61,795 nt of DNA from an uncultured bacterium (GTDB lineage Bacteria > Bacteroidota > Bacteroidia > Bacteroidales > CAIWKO01): positions 1 through 61,795 of the forward strand of contig CAIOYH010000124.1 in NCBI GenBank assembly GCA_903862465.1. Reading direction: 5' to 3'. The notes beneath the pieces were generated by a model that saw only the letters and a list, made by a program, of their open reading frames with translations, searched no databases and was not told the origin of the DNA. Both the position numbers and the translations under genes were made by a program. Positions within the stretch are counted from its first letter, which is position 1, and every line of letters starts with the position of its first letter. This document shows, one piece after another, positions 1 to 9,300 of the stretch.

Positions 1-750
1 ATCAAATAAAGTAGGCTTATTGCCAAGGTCAGTATAGCTGCCACTAGTGGCTACGGTTGCCAAAGTAGGTTTGTTTAATAAAACACCTGTACCAGTTGCA
101 GCATTCCAATCTGTTTGAACTTGGGCAGCAGGTATGGTAGGCTGGTTGCTAAGGTCGGTATAACTACCACTTGTTGCTACGGTAGCAAAAGTTGGTTTCG
201 ACGTTATTTCTAACCATGTAGGCACGTAAGTGATAGGACGATACAATCCGGCATGATTTCCCCAACCATACGCCGTATTCCAGTTAGTGATATTTGGTGA
301 TGTTATTCCGTAAGATGGACTGTCAGTCCAAAGCGGGTCAGTTTCTGTGTAACTTGTAAGATACCCTGCTGAGGCATGATTGCCCCACCCATAAGCAGTG
401 TTCCAATAAGCAATATTGCTGCTTGTAATGCCGTAAGCTGATGAAGCCGTAAAAACCGGATCGCTTTCCGCACCGCCATATATTTTAACCCATAGTGCAC
501 CATTATAATAATAGTATCCCGCGGGCGCTCCTGTTTGATACACCAAAAGTCCGGTAGCCGGCTCGGTTACGTTGGCTGTTAACGTAACGCGCGGAGGTAG
601 GAAGCCTTTGGTTGAAGATTTAACATCCAACATAGCGCTGCCATCGGGCGAAGAACCATCGTTGTTGATACCCACACTTTGGGCAAAGCTTGGCATACTT
701 CCTACGGTAAAAAATGCCAAAAGTAAAAGGAAAGTAATTTGTTTTTTCAT
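1..750 (-). CDS. Secreted tail-fibre-like repeat protein, 5' part only (runs off left edge; absent from ORF track)
   Basis: ATG at 750 (minus). Read manually as MKKQITFLLLLAFFTVGSMPSFAQSVGINNDGSSPDGSAMLDVKSSTKGFLPPRV..., then two ETDP..WNTAYGWGNHA repeats and two ATVATSGSYTDL.N.PT repeats. No stop before position 1. Signal peptide ends at SFA-Q. Confidence 0.85.
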   Translation of the reverse strand, partial: MKKQITFLLLLAFFTVGSMPSFAQSVGINNDGSSPDGSAMLDVKSSTKGFLPPRVTLTANVTEPATGLLVYQTGAPAGYYYYNGALWVKIYGGAESDPVFTASSAYGITSSNIAYWNTAYGWGNHASAGYLTSYTETDPLWTDSPSYGITSPNITNWNTAYGWGNHAGLYRPITYVPTWLEITSKPTFATVATSGSYTDLSNQPTIPAAQVQTDWNAATGTGVLLNKPTLATVATSGSYTDLGNKPTLFD

Positions 751-824
751 ACAAATAAAGTATTTTAAAGTTCCTACTCTGAAGGCTTTTCGGATACCGC
801 CCCCGACAATAACCTTGTCGGGAC
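751..824 (-). promoter_or_regulatory. Conserved 5' leader (candidate structured cis-regulatory RNA), copy 1
   Basis: 784..824 matches 23446..23486 at 38/41 nt. Both copies also share AGAGTAGGAA and AATACTTTATTTGT immediately before the ATG. Confidence 0.6.
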
Positions 825-904
825 AAGCCCCAATGAAAGATGCCTGTATGGGTCAGGTTTGTTTTTTTAGGTGGTTATGCTCGTCCACGTCGATGTATTT
901 AAAA

Positions 905-953
905 GCTCATCCGACGACTTTGTTTCTTTTTGGGAGTCTGTCGTCGGATGAGT
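905..953 (-). terminator. Intrinsic terminator-like hairpin after the 243-aa gene, copy 1
   Basis: Arms CTCATCCGACGAC / GTCGTCGGATGAG followed by TTTT on the minus strand, 7 nt after the stop. Same arms occur at 23623..23659. Confidence 0.65.
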
Positions 954-960
954 TGGAGCC

Positions 961-1692
961 CTACCCAATGGTATGGGTATGAGGTCCGCTCCAGGGTCCT
1001 GCCAAATTTCTGTGGCTTGCCAAGGTCCAGCGAATCCAGAATTTGAAATCGAATCCGGCAAACTTCGGGTCAACGTTAACCAAAAATTTAGCAGTAGTTA
1101 ATAATTCTTTATTGTTAGTATCTGCCCAACTGTCGCACACTTTCAACACTTTCTTGTCGGTAGTTTCGTCAACTTTGCGTTTGCCTTCAATCACGGCATA
1201 CATAATTTCGACCATATCAGCTGTTTCGGGAATCGCATAATGTTTTTTATCGAATCGCGAACGGGTGCTGATAGAAAACTGTCCATTGGTGAGCGAAACG
1301 GTGTCGGGAATACAAACTTCAACTATCGGAGCTGTAGGAGTTTCTTTTGGTTTTACTAATCCTGTTTTGCGGTTTAAGGTTTCGCGGTCCGATGAGGTCC
1401 ATTTGCTGGCGGGTATGTCGTTATAAATTTCGCTCAACGCTTTCCGCATCTCTTTTGATTTTTGGCGTAAGCCGGCTTTCACCAATCTAGTGCGGCTTCC
1501 GGTGGCGTCGTCCCATAGGGTTTTAAAATACAGGTAGGTGTCGGGGATGTCCACATCGCCATATATGGCGGCTAATGCGGTTAGTTTTGCAGATGCAATG
1601 CCCAAACGAGTGGCATTGGCAGTTAAATAAGCCATTACGGCTACCAAATAGAGGAAAAATCCTAAAATTGTGGTTGGATATACGCTTCTCAT
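961..1692 (-). CDS. 243-aa hypothetical protein (helical N-terminal part, beta-rich C-terminal part ending in RW...GPWS); paralog of 23667..24398
   Basis: ATG-initiated ORF that aligns without gaps to 23667..24398 (roughly 60% identity by eye; shared YNDIPASKWT, LNRKTG, TRSRFDKKHYA, DETTDKKVLK). Confidence 0.9.
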   Translation of the reverse strand: MRSVYPTTILGFFLYLVAVMAYLTANATRLGIASAKLTALAAIYGDVDIPDTYLYFKTLWDDATGSRTRLVKAGLRQKSKEMRKALSEIYNDIPASKWTSSDRETLNRKTGLVKPKETPTAPIVEVCIPDTVSLTNGQFSISTRSRFDKKHYAIPETADMVEIMYAVIEGKRKVDETTDKKVLKVCDSWADTNNKELLTTAKFLVNVDPKFAGFDFKFWIRWTLASHRNLAGPWSGPHTHTIG

Positions 1693-1783
1693 ACTATTTA
1701 ATTTTTTTATGATTGTTTTTAATTTTGTTGATATTTATATGGATAAATGAAAATGGTTTTTAGCGATTATTTCTCTGATTACT

Positions 1784-2488
1784 TCATGAAAAACCTGTAT
1801 AGAATATGGGTTGACCCGATTTGTTGTAAAAATCATAGAGTTTGCTATAGAATTGAATAAAAATTTTACAGTTTTGTTTGTAATCAATAAACATACACAC
1901 ACATTTTGCGTAAATGTGCTTGCCTGTAAATGACTTGTACAAGCGTTTAATTGCGTTGTGCATATAATTTAAAATGCTGTGTATATAATTAAAAGTGTAG
2001 TGCGTATGTGCACAAATGCTGTGTGTATGTGCGCAAGTGCTGTGCGTATGTACACAAGTGCTGTGCGTATGTGCACAAGTGCTGTGTGTATGTACACAAG
2101 TGCTGTGCGTATGTACACAAGTGCTGTACGTATGTACACAAGTGTTGTACGTATGTACACAAGTGCTGTGCGTATGTACACAAGTGCTGTACGTATGTAC
2201 ACAAGTGTTGTACACGTGATTTAAAGTGTGTAAATCATGATTTATAATACGTAAATCATGATTTAAAAACCGGAAACTAAGTTTACATGGCTTGTCCTTG
2301 AGTTTTATTTGTAGATAATCAGATAGATAGGAAAAGAAGGCACAGATACTTTGTTTTAAACCATTCCACATTATTGAAAATCCAAATTGACCAGAGATAA
2401 ACTTGGTAAAAAAAGAGTTTATGCCACAGACTAAAGTCTGCATCATTGCAGTCGTATTTTTATGTATATATAGATTCCCCAAAATCAT
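1784..2488 (-). CDS. Possible heptad-repeat (HTHSTCV) protein; paralogous frame to 24490..25131; start uncertain
   Basis: Shares FSYLSDYLQIK and the C-terminus (KSGQPIFYTGFS* vs KSGKPFSYSGFT*) in the same frame as 24490..25131. Could instead be a non-coding element. Confidence 0.4.
   Translation of the reverse strand: MILGNLYIHKNTTAMMQTLVCGINSFFTKFISGQFGFSIMWNGLKQSICAFFSYLSDYLQIKLKDKPCKLSFRFLNHDLRIINHDLHTLNHVYNTCVHTYSTCVHTHSTCVHTYNTCVHTYSTCVHTHSTCVHTHSTCAHTHSTCVHTHSTCAHTHSICAHTHYTFNYIHSILNYMHNAIKRLYKSFTGKHIYAKCVCMFIDYKQNCKIFIQFYSKLYDFYNKSGQPIFYTGFS
1994..2268. repeat. 21-bp tandem array (unit ~GTACACAAGTGCTGTGCGTAT), ~10 well-conserved units plus 2-3 AAATCATGATTT-type units
   Basis: Directly visible 21-nt period; all six frames are open across it. 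Confidence 0.95.
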
Positions 2489-2580
2489 GTCTTCTTATTT
2501 TTTTTCGACCTATTCAATTAGTATAATTTCTTATGTAGCATGTTTATTTTTTATTTTAAGCTGATTACAATTTTAAAATG

Positions 2581-2642
2581 CAAAATTATATCAGTCACTA
2601 AAACAATCTGTCCTGAATTATATAATTTGCTAATTCAGGACA
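2581..2642 (-). promoter_or_regulatory. Bacteroidota -7 element (TAATTTTG, 2581..2588) with upstream inverted repeat TGTCCTGAATTA..TAATTCAGGACA (2609..2642); putative AraC operator
   Basis: Motif and 12-bp perfect arms are visible. An analogous arrangement exists at 25299..25380. Function is inferred. Confidence 0.45.
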
Positions 2643-3123
2643 AAATAATTTTCGTCGGCAGCCTGTAGATTTGCCTTATAAGATATTTTTGTCAATTATA
2701 ACTCACTCACGTGTAGGTTTTAGCTGATAGATAGTGTAGTAAATATCTGACAAGAAAAAAATGAAAATATTTTTTCTAAATGATGAAGAAAGGAAGGATA
2801 ATTCCGAAAAAAAGTGTCTAGTTTGAAACTAAAAATGAAGCGTTTTAGACTTTTTATGCTGAAAATCTATAGAGTTTTTCCTGAATTCAAGTTCCGAATG
2901 ATGCCATTATGAGAAGCAATGGTAAGATCTTTTTTTGTTTTTTTAGAACCGTAAAGTATGCGGTCTAATTCTTTTTTACACCATCATCATCCCACAGAAG
3001 TGGTGCAAAGTTCACAATAACTCATAGCTTTTTGATGATGATAGCTTGTGATTTTAATTTCAGCTATCCGCCTGCAACTTAAAGAGATTCTCAGAATCTT
3101 CTCCCTAGAGTCGCGTGAGGCTA

Positions 3124-4995
3124 TTATGCTTCATCATTGGATTTGTTCGTGGATTCCAGATTAGTTTTTCGAAAATCAACAGGATTCATTCCGGTGTATT
3201 TTTTAAAAGAGACATAAAATGCTGAGCGGGAATTAAAACCGCAATTTTCCATAATTTCATCAACGCTTAATGTTTTGTAATTAGCTTCAGTGAGCATGCG
3301 ACAGGATTCCTTAATCCGAAGTTGGTTGATATATTGATTAAAATTGCTCCTATGCTGCTCACGAATCAAAGCCGACACGTAGGTATGATTGGTGCGGAGC
3401 AAGCTTGCCAAATCGTCCAAACTAAAATTTTTCCTTAGATACGGTTTTTCATCCTGCATAATTTTCCCCAAATCGAAAATTAATTGTTGACGCACCTCTT
3501 CTGCTATAATTTTCTTTTCTGCTTGTCCCGCGTCTTTCATAAGCGACTGCCGAATTTTGTGTGTCACACCCTTATAGGCATCACGCAATTTTTGAAAACG
3601 CTTATACAAAAGAAATAAAGCTAAAAGAATGACCAACGAAATGATAGACACGAACCAAATTATTTGGTTTTTATGCTGTATGACATCGTTTTGAACTGCT
3701 TTTTTTTCGTTCAAATCCTGTATCGCTTGTTCGGATGCCACAGAGGAAATAAGTATTTGACTTTCGATAAAATCTAGGGAGGCTTTTTGTTTGATAATGC
3801 TATCGCGCAATAGCTGACCGAGCAAAGCATATTTGGTTTCGAGCAATGCGACATGCCTTTTCCCAAAAACAGAAGTAAGCGTATCGCAGAACGTTTTATA
3901 TACATACATGTCGTTTAATTTCGAAACCAATTGTATGGCTGTGTCGGCATTACGGGTACTTTCCTGCAAATCGCCGTTTCTATAATATAGGGCTAAGTTC
4001 AAAAACACATTGGCTTGCAACTCCTTAGTACCCGAAGCTTTAGCATACAGAGATGCGCGCGCAAAATGATAATCAGCACTGTCATTTTGTTGGAGAAGAT
4101 TAAAATATAAACCTAAATTTGTATGCGCTTTCGATTTGAATTCGTTCCATTGAAAATAATAAGTGCATTTTTTACTTGCTGCAGTCCTAAAGTTGTTTTT
4201 ATAGTAATTATTCAACACTTCTATACTTCGGTTGGCAAGGGCTTTTACGTAACGCGTGTCGCGGCAAATCACCAATACTCTCGCTATATAATTATAGCTT
4301 AGCGCTTTTCTTGGATCTGATGGATCGACAATATGCTGATTTGCATATAAAAAACACTGCAAAGCTTTGTGGTAGTAACCTTGATTTTGATACGCTAAGC
4401 CAATATTGTTAAGAGCCAAAGCCTGCGCATGAACACTTGGATTCTGTTTGCCTACTTCAAATGCGATTTGATAGAATTTGATGGCTTGCTTGAATAAATG
4501 AAAATGATAAAACACATTGCCGATGTCCACAAAAAAATAGGGATTGGAAGCATAAGGTTCGGGATTGGCAATAAAAATTTCTACAGCCTTCAAAAGACTC
4601 TTTAGCGCTTTGAGATTATCGGGTTTGTAATTTTGATAAAACTCCACAATTTCCCTATAGGTGTCTAATTTCTTCTGTGTAGCCTTCATCGAATCCTGAA
4701 AACGTATAGAGTAGAGGAGGGTTATTTCGCAAGAATCATGATTTAGAATTGAATAACGCTTAGCTACCAAAGCAATAGAATCAATACGTCGTGCTATAGC
4801 TGGATTGATTGGTTGGTCATTAGTACTATTAATTTCACCAGACTTTTTGCAAGATAAATAATACATCCATAGCAAGGGGCTTAATAATACGATAATCAAA
4901 AACAGCCTGCGAAGTTGTATTAACTTCCTTTGGCTTTCCTTCTCTAGGATGTCAACTGTAGAGTCAACTTCGTCGTTCAAAATATCGGTACTCAT
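3124..4995 (-). CDS. Membrane-anchored TPR-containing AraC-family transcriptional regulator
   Basis: N-terminal TM, TPR motifs (ALALNNIGLAYQNQGYYHKALQCF), second TM (IIWFVSIISLVILLALFLLY), C-terminal AraC HTH (GFNSRSAFYVSFKKYTGMNP). Confidence 0.9.
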   Translation of the reverse strand: MSTDILNDEVDSTVDILEKESQRKLIQLRRLFLIIVLLSPLLWMYYLSCKKSGEINSTNDQPINPAIARRIDSIALVAKRYSILNHDSCEITLLYSIRFQDSMKATQKKLDTYREIVEFYQNYKPDNLKALKSLLKAVEIFIANPEPYASNPYFFVDIGNVFYHFHLFKQAIKFYQIAFEVGKQNPSVHAQALALNNIGLAYQNQGYYHKALQCFLYANQHIVDPSDPRKALSYNYIARVLVICRDTRYVKALANRSIEVLNNYYKNNFRTAASKKCTYYFQWNEFKSKAHTNLGLYFNLLQQNDSADYHFARASLYAKASGTKELQANVFLNLALYYRNGDLQESTRNADTAIQLVSKLNDMYVYKTFCDTLTSVFGKRHVALLETKYALLGQLLRDSIIKQKASLDFIESQILISSVASEQAIQDLNEKKAVQNDVIQHKNQIIWFVSIISLVILLALFLLYKRFQKLRDAYKGVTHKIRQSLMKDAGQAEKKIIAEEVRQQLIFDLGKIMQDEKPYLRKNFSLDDLASLLRTNHTYVSALIREQHRSNFNQYINQLRIKESCRMLTEANYKTLSVDEIMENCGFNSRSAFYVSFKKYTGMNPVDFRKTNLESTNKSNDEA

Positions 4996-5365
4996 TCTTA
5001 GCGGTAATAAATATTTAATTTATTTTTATAGAGTTACTAAATACTATCGCTTTGTTTACTTATTTCTATAGGAGAAAAGCTATTACACATAGATGCCAGA
5101 CGATTAGCCCTGGTAAATATTGGGGTTGCTTATTTGGCATTCTCACTTTCTTATTACACTATTAATAGGGTGCAAAAATAGACATATATTTTAATATCCA
5201 CACATTAATTAACATCAATTGTATATTTTTAAAGATATCGATGTAGTACTAATCCTAATTGAAAGATTTTGAAGGCAAAACACAAAGAGCAACAAAAGCA
5301 TCGAGAATCCAGCGTGCTAGGGGCAATAAGAGGTAATGTTAATACGAATACGATGAAGCACTATT

Positions 5366-5394
5366 AACGACAAATTAATGACTATAAATGACCA
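5366..5394 (+). repeat. Short phased AATGAC array (3 units)
   Basis: AACGAC/AATGAC at 5366, 5377, 5387. Positions 5373..5394 are identical to 26779..26800. Confidence 0.7.
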
Positions 5395-5992
5395 ACGTAG
5401 CCCTAACCAACCTCGAACCCGAAAACTTAGTTGAAATGCAAGAGGCTATCACCTTATTCTATGATGAAAAGAAGCTCCTGAACTTGCCATTGATGAAAAA
5501 AAATCCGAAGGCACCGACAAAATTAATGAAATCCTTAACGATTTAGACACCGACACCGACCTTATCGGCAGCTTAATTCATTCCTTCACACTTCCTTTCG
5601 CTGACCTTTGGGACCAAGCACTCAAAGTTGGCACCCCTGAACGTGTTCGTCACGTATCTTGTATGATGAAATTTAACGATTCCATCACTGTCACTCCTGT
5701 TGTCAAAGTAAAAACAACAGCCTCTAACGGAATAGTAGAAACCGTCGGATATTCCTCTAAAAGTGGAAATACCCGTTTCTTTGGATTAGACACTTGCAAT
5801 TGGACCTTCCATTCCGAAGCCGAAACCTATATTTTCGACTACAAATCCAACGTCCCCATTGATGACGACCACACCGTTCACTTCCAAATCAAACTCGTCA
5901 AAATCCAACCCCCTCCCCCCTCAGAGGAAGACACCCCTCCCGTCACAACATCCCCGCCAACCGACCAAAACCCCTCCCAACTCAACACCTAA
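5388..5992 (+). pseudogene. Frameshifted (or -1 recoded) ~201-aa hypothetical gene; the ORF track shows only its 3' part 5663..5992
   Basis: ATG at 5388 gives MTNVALTNLEPENLVEMQEAITLFYDEK. The 5663 frame is open from 5468 (EAPELAIDEKKSEGTDKINEILND...). One extra A at GAAAAG (5466..5471) would join the two. Confidence 0.55.
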
Positions 5993-6018
5993 ATAAATAC
6001 ATTATAACATATATCAAC

Positions 6019-6048
6019 AAAAAGGCTTGCCAATAAGCAAGCCTTTTT
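6019..6048. terminator. Bidirectional terminator-like hairpin AAAAAGGCTTGC..GCAAGCCTTTTT
   Basis: Perfect arms with A/T tracts, downstream of the 5992 stop. Confidence 0.75.
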
Positions 6049-6171
6049 CAATTTATAACTCTTGGCAGTCATCAGATGGCTATCAACCTGTCCCGTACAC
6101 GCAGTGTCGGGATGACCACCTTTCTGTCCCGCACACTCACCTGTCCCAATACGCAGTGTCGGGGGTGTCGG

Positions 6172-6229
6172 GCTGACCACCAAATGACCATCAATGACCA
6201 AGAATGACTACTATATGATCAGTAATGTT
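6172..6229 (+). repeat. Phased AATGAC array (3 exact plus degenerate units)
   Basis: AATGAC at 6183, 6193, 6203; degenerate units at 6172, 6214, 6224. Confidence 0.7.
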
Positions 6230-6260
6230 AAAAAGTGGTGGAGGTTGTCATAGCAAAAAT

Positions 6261-6289
6261 AAAAGGCTTGCCATCGCGGCAAGCCTTTT
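6261..6289. terminator. Terminator of the giant gene, AAAAGGCTTGCC..GGCAAGCCTTTT
   Basis: Perfect 12-bp arms just downstream of the 6318 stop. Confidence 0.8.
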
Positions 6290-6317
6290 ATTCGTTTAAA
6301 TCATATATGGTTGCTGT

Positions 6318-9300
6318 TTATTCCCAACTCACCTTCACATTCTTAGTAGCAAGTGAAGTCTTCACTTTAACCAAATAGATAGCTGAAGATAAATTCAAGG
6401 TCGCGCTAAACACATTGCTACTGTTTGGAGTGGCTTTGAAAACACAAGCACCCGTGAGTGTAAACACTTCCACTTCTTGAATTTCTTCACCTGTCTGAGC
6501 GATGATGTTCAGCTTTTGACTCGTTTCAAACACATTGAAATTGGATGCAGTCAATGGAGCATTGCTGTTGTTGAATCGGATGAAGAATCTTCCGTTAACT
6601 TCGTCTGCTAGGAATTCAAAACTATAGGATGAATTCTCCGACAAATTAGTTATTTTACCTTTCAAACGGTCTTCAAGATACACAGGAAGGCTGCTCTCTA
6701 AATCGAAGGCGGTAATCTTAGCTTTGTCGCCGGCGTTACCCATTATCGTAAGCGGAATAATAGTGTTGATATCATTGATGGTGTTGATAACTAGTTTTTC
6801 ACCGGAAGCTGCTAATGAAAACATGCCAACGGGCAATCCATCGAACATTTTTTCTGAATCGTAGTCCTCGTAGGTAAGCTTTGCATCAGGGTTTTTACAA
6901 ATCACCATTTCGTCCATACCCATTTCGGTTTCTGTTTTTAGGCGCACAAGGATTTCTGTATTGTTGGATTCTTTATAGAAAGTACTAGTGCTATGTGTGC
7001 GAGCAGAAAGAGGTAGTGTGATTTTAGGGTTCGTGTAAATTGCTCGAACAAAGAATCCCTGTAGAGGAGCAATGTATGGTTTTGTGCTAGCAGGAACACC
7101 AACTCCATTAGCCGAATTATAGACTGAGAAATAGGATGTGTTAGTTACGGGAGGTCCAATAACAGCAGGGTTCCAATAATACAAGCTTGTGGATAAATTT
7201 GTTTTGCCTAGAGCATTCCAATACAAATAGGATGGGAAAGGATTTGCTAACAGGTTCCAACTTTGAGTTGCGGCGGTGCCATTATAAGTCAAAGGAATAG
7301 AGTAATCGCAAGGAGCAGCTAAACCATTGAAGAGATTACCGCTTAAAGATGCCGTTACAGTAGTACTTGGACAAACGGCATATCCAACCGTAGGTTGTAA
7401 GAAATACAATGGTGAAGTTACATTTGCCAACCAATTGGTTCCATTGGTGTAAGGTTTTAATTGCACTGTGCCAACCCCAGTATTAATGTTAGAAAGTGTG
7501 GCTCCCATACTTTGTTGGAATGGAGAACCAAACAGATGCCATGCATTGCTAAGTACTCTCTTTGCCGTTGCAGGTAAATTCGTGGTGTTTTGAATAAACG
7601 AAGCTCCTGATGCAATAACTATACCGGAAACTCCTGCATTGTTAACAATAGAACCTAACACGGAAACTTTACTTCCGCTTGCCAACGTTAGCGTATGACC
7701 AGCGTTTATGACAATATTATTCATGCTGCCGCTTATAGAGATTCCATACGTGTGATTACTATTATTAAACGTTATAGTATTATCAATGTTTAGCGGTACT
7801 GTTGTTAGCGTGATAATTTGATTGTCAATAGATGGATCAAAGTTGATAGTTCCATTATTACAGACATGATTAATGGCATATCTTAATGAACCAATGCCAT
7901 TGTTAAGTGTGTTGGTTACAGTATATGTTGGATTGCAAACAAAGATTTCAAGTGTGCCATTGTTATAAGTGATAGCATAATTGCTTGAGGTCTGTCCGCT
8001 TGGCGTGATTGTATAAAAACCAAGACTTGTTGCTGTTATGGCAGTGCCACTAAATGTCAACGAGCCTCCCAATGAAGTATAGGTATCCCCAAGAACGAAA
8101 CCACTATAGCTTACAGTATATCCTGTATAAACTGTGCCATCATAATTCTTAAATTTATCGTCAGCCGTTATGCTTAAAGGCTTAGGATTAACGATCAAAC
8201 AAAATACATTTGAATATACAGAGACACAACCATCATTTTTCACTACGGCTCTGTAAGACCAAGAACCTGCAGCAGTAGGATATTCAGAATACGTAGCACT
8301 AGTATTTGCAATAGTTGTCCAATTGCCGGAATTTAGCTTTTTCTCCCAATTTAAGATAGAACCAACATAAGAACTAAGCGTTAATGTTCCAGTTGAACCA
8401 CCATAGGTAATAGGACTTGATCCGGAGATACTTCCACCAATTGAAGCCGAACTTACGGTAAATGCCCCTGAAATTGCACTTGTTACATCCGAACCACAAC
8501 TACTGTGAACAACACAATAATAATACAATGTGCCGACAGTTGCTGTTGATGGTATATAAGAATTGGTTTGCGCACCATTAGCCGAACCTAATGAAGTTCC
8601 TCCATTATTGCTAGCAACGGTATTTTTATACCATTGATACGTTATTGTACCTGTTCCGCTTGCCATAACAATTATAGGGGTAAAGGATCCATTAAAACAT
8701 TGTGCTTGTGATGCTGTGGACTGACTATTGATTGTCGTAGCAGGATTCACAGTAAATGCTCCTGATATCTGACTAGTTACGTCATTTCCACAATCTCCAT
8801 GCACCACACAATAATAATACAATGTGCCGACAGTAGTAGCCGATGGAGTGTAACTATTGGAATTTGCCCCAACAACATTGCCACCAGATGTAATTTGATC
8901 AGCTTTGCTGAACCAATGATATACTAAATTAGTTCCTGTAGCTGCGATGCTTATCGCTGTAAATGATTCGCCAAAACACTTTGTTTGAGTTGTGGTGGAT
9001 TGGCTTGTAATACTCGGATTAATACACGATGGTATAATTACGGTTATAGCTAACCTGCTGCTTTCACATCCATTTATTGTCTGGCTAGCATAGTAAGTAG
9101 TTCCATCTATTAAAACATCCGAGGATAAAAGAAGATCGCCACCAGTCGAAGCATTATACCACTTGATATCCGTGCCAGTAACTGATATATCAGATATCTT
9201 TGAAGTGGGAATCAATGTTTGAGGAGTCGTTCCACTTGGAGGTGAAGGTATAGGATTCACCGTAAGGTTTATCGTGTTGGAAGTCTCTTGGATTCCTGAA

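Noticed and set aside
784-810. ops/JUMPstart element (GGCGGTAT resembles GGCGGTAG)
   Set aside because: The second copy reads GGCAGTAT, the rest of the ops consensus is absent, and no NusG paralog (UpxY/RfaH) is in the window.
1969-2247. Five additional overlapping ORFs across the first array
   Set aside because: They are open only because the 21-bp unit lacks stops. Only the 1784..2488 frame has support from the paralogous copy.
1994-2268. CRISPR array (also considered for the arrays at 24622, 37810, 38182, 50978)
   Set aside because: Units are contiguous with no unique spacers, and no cas genes are present in the window.
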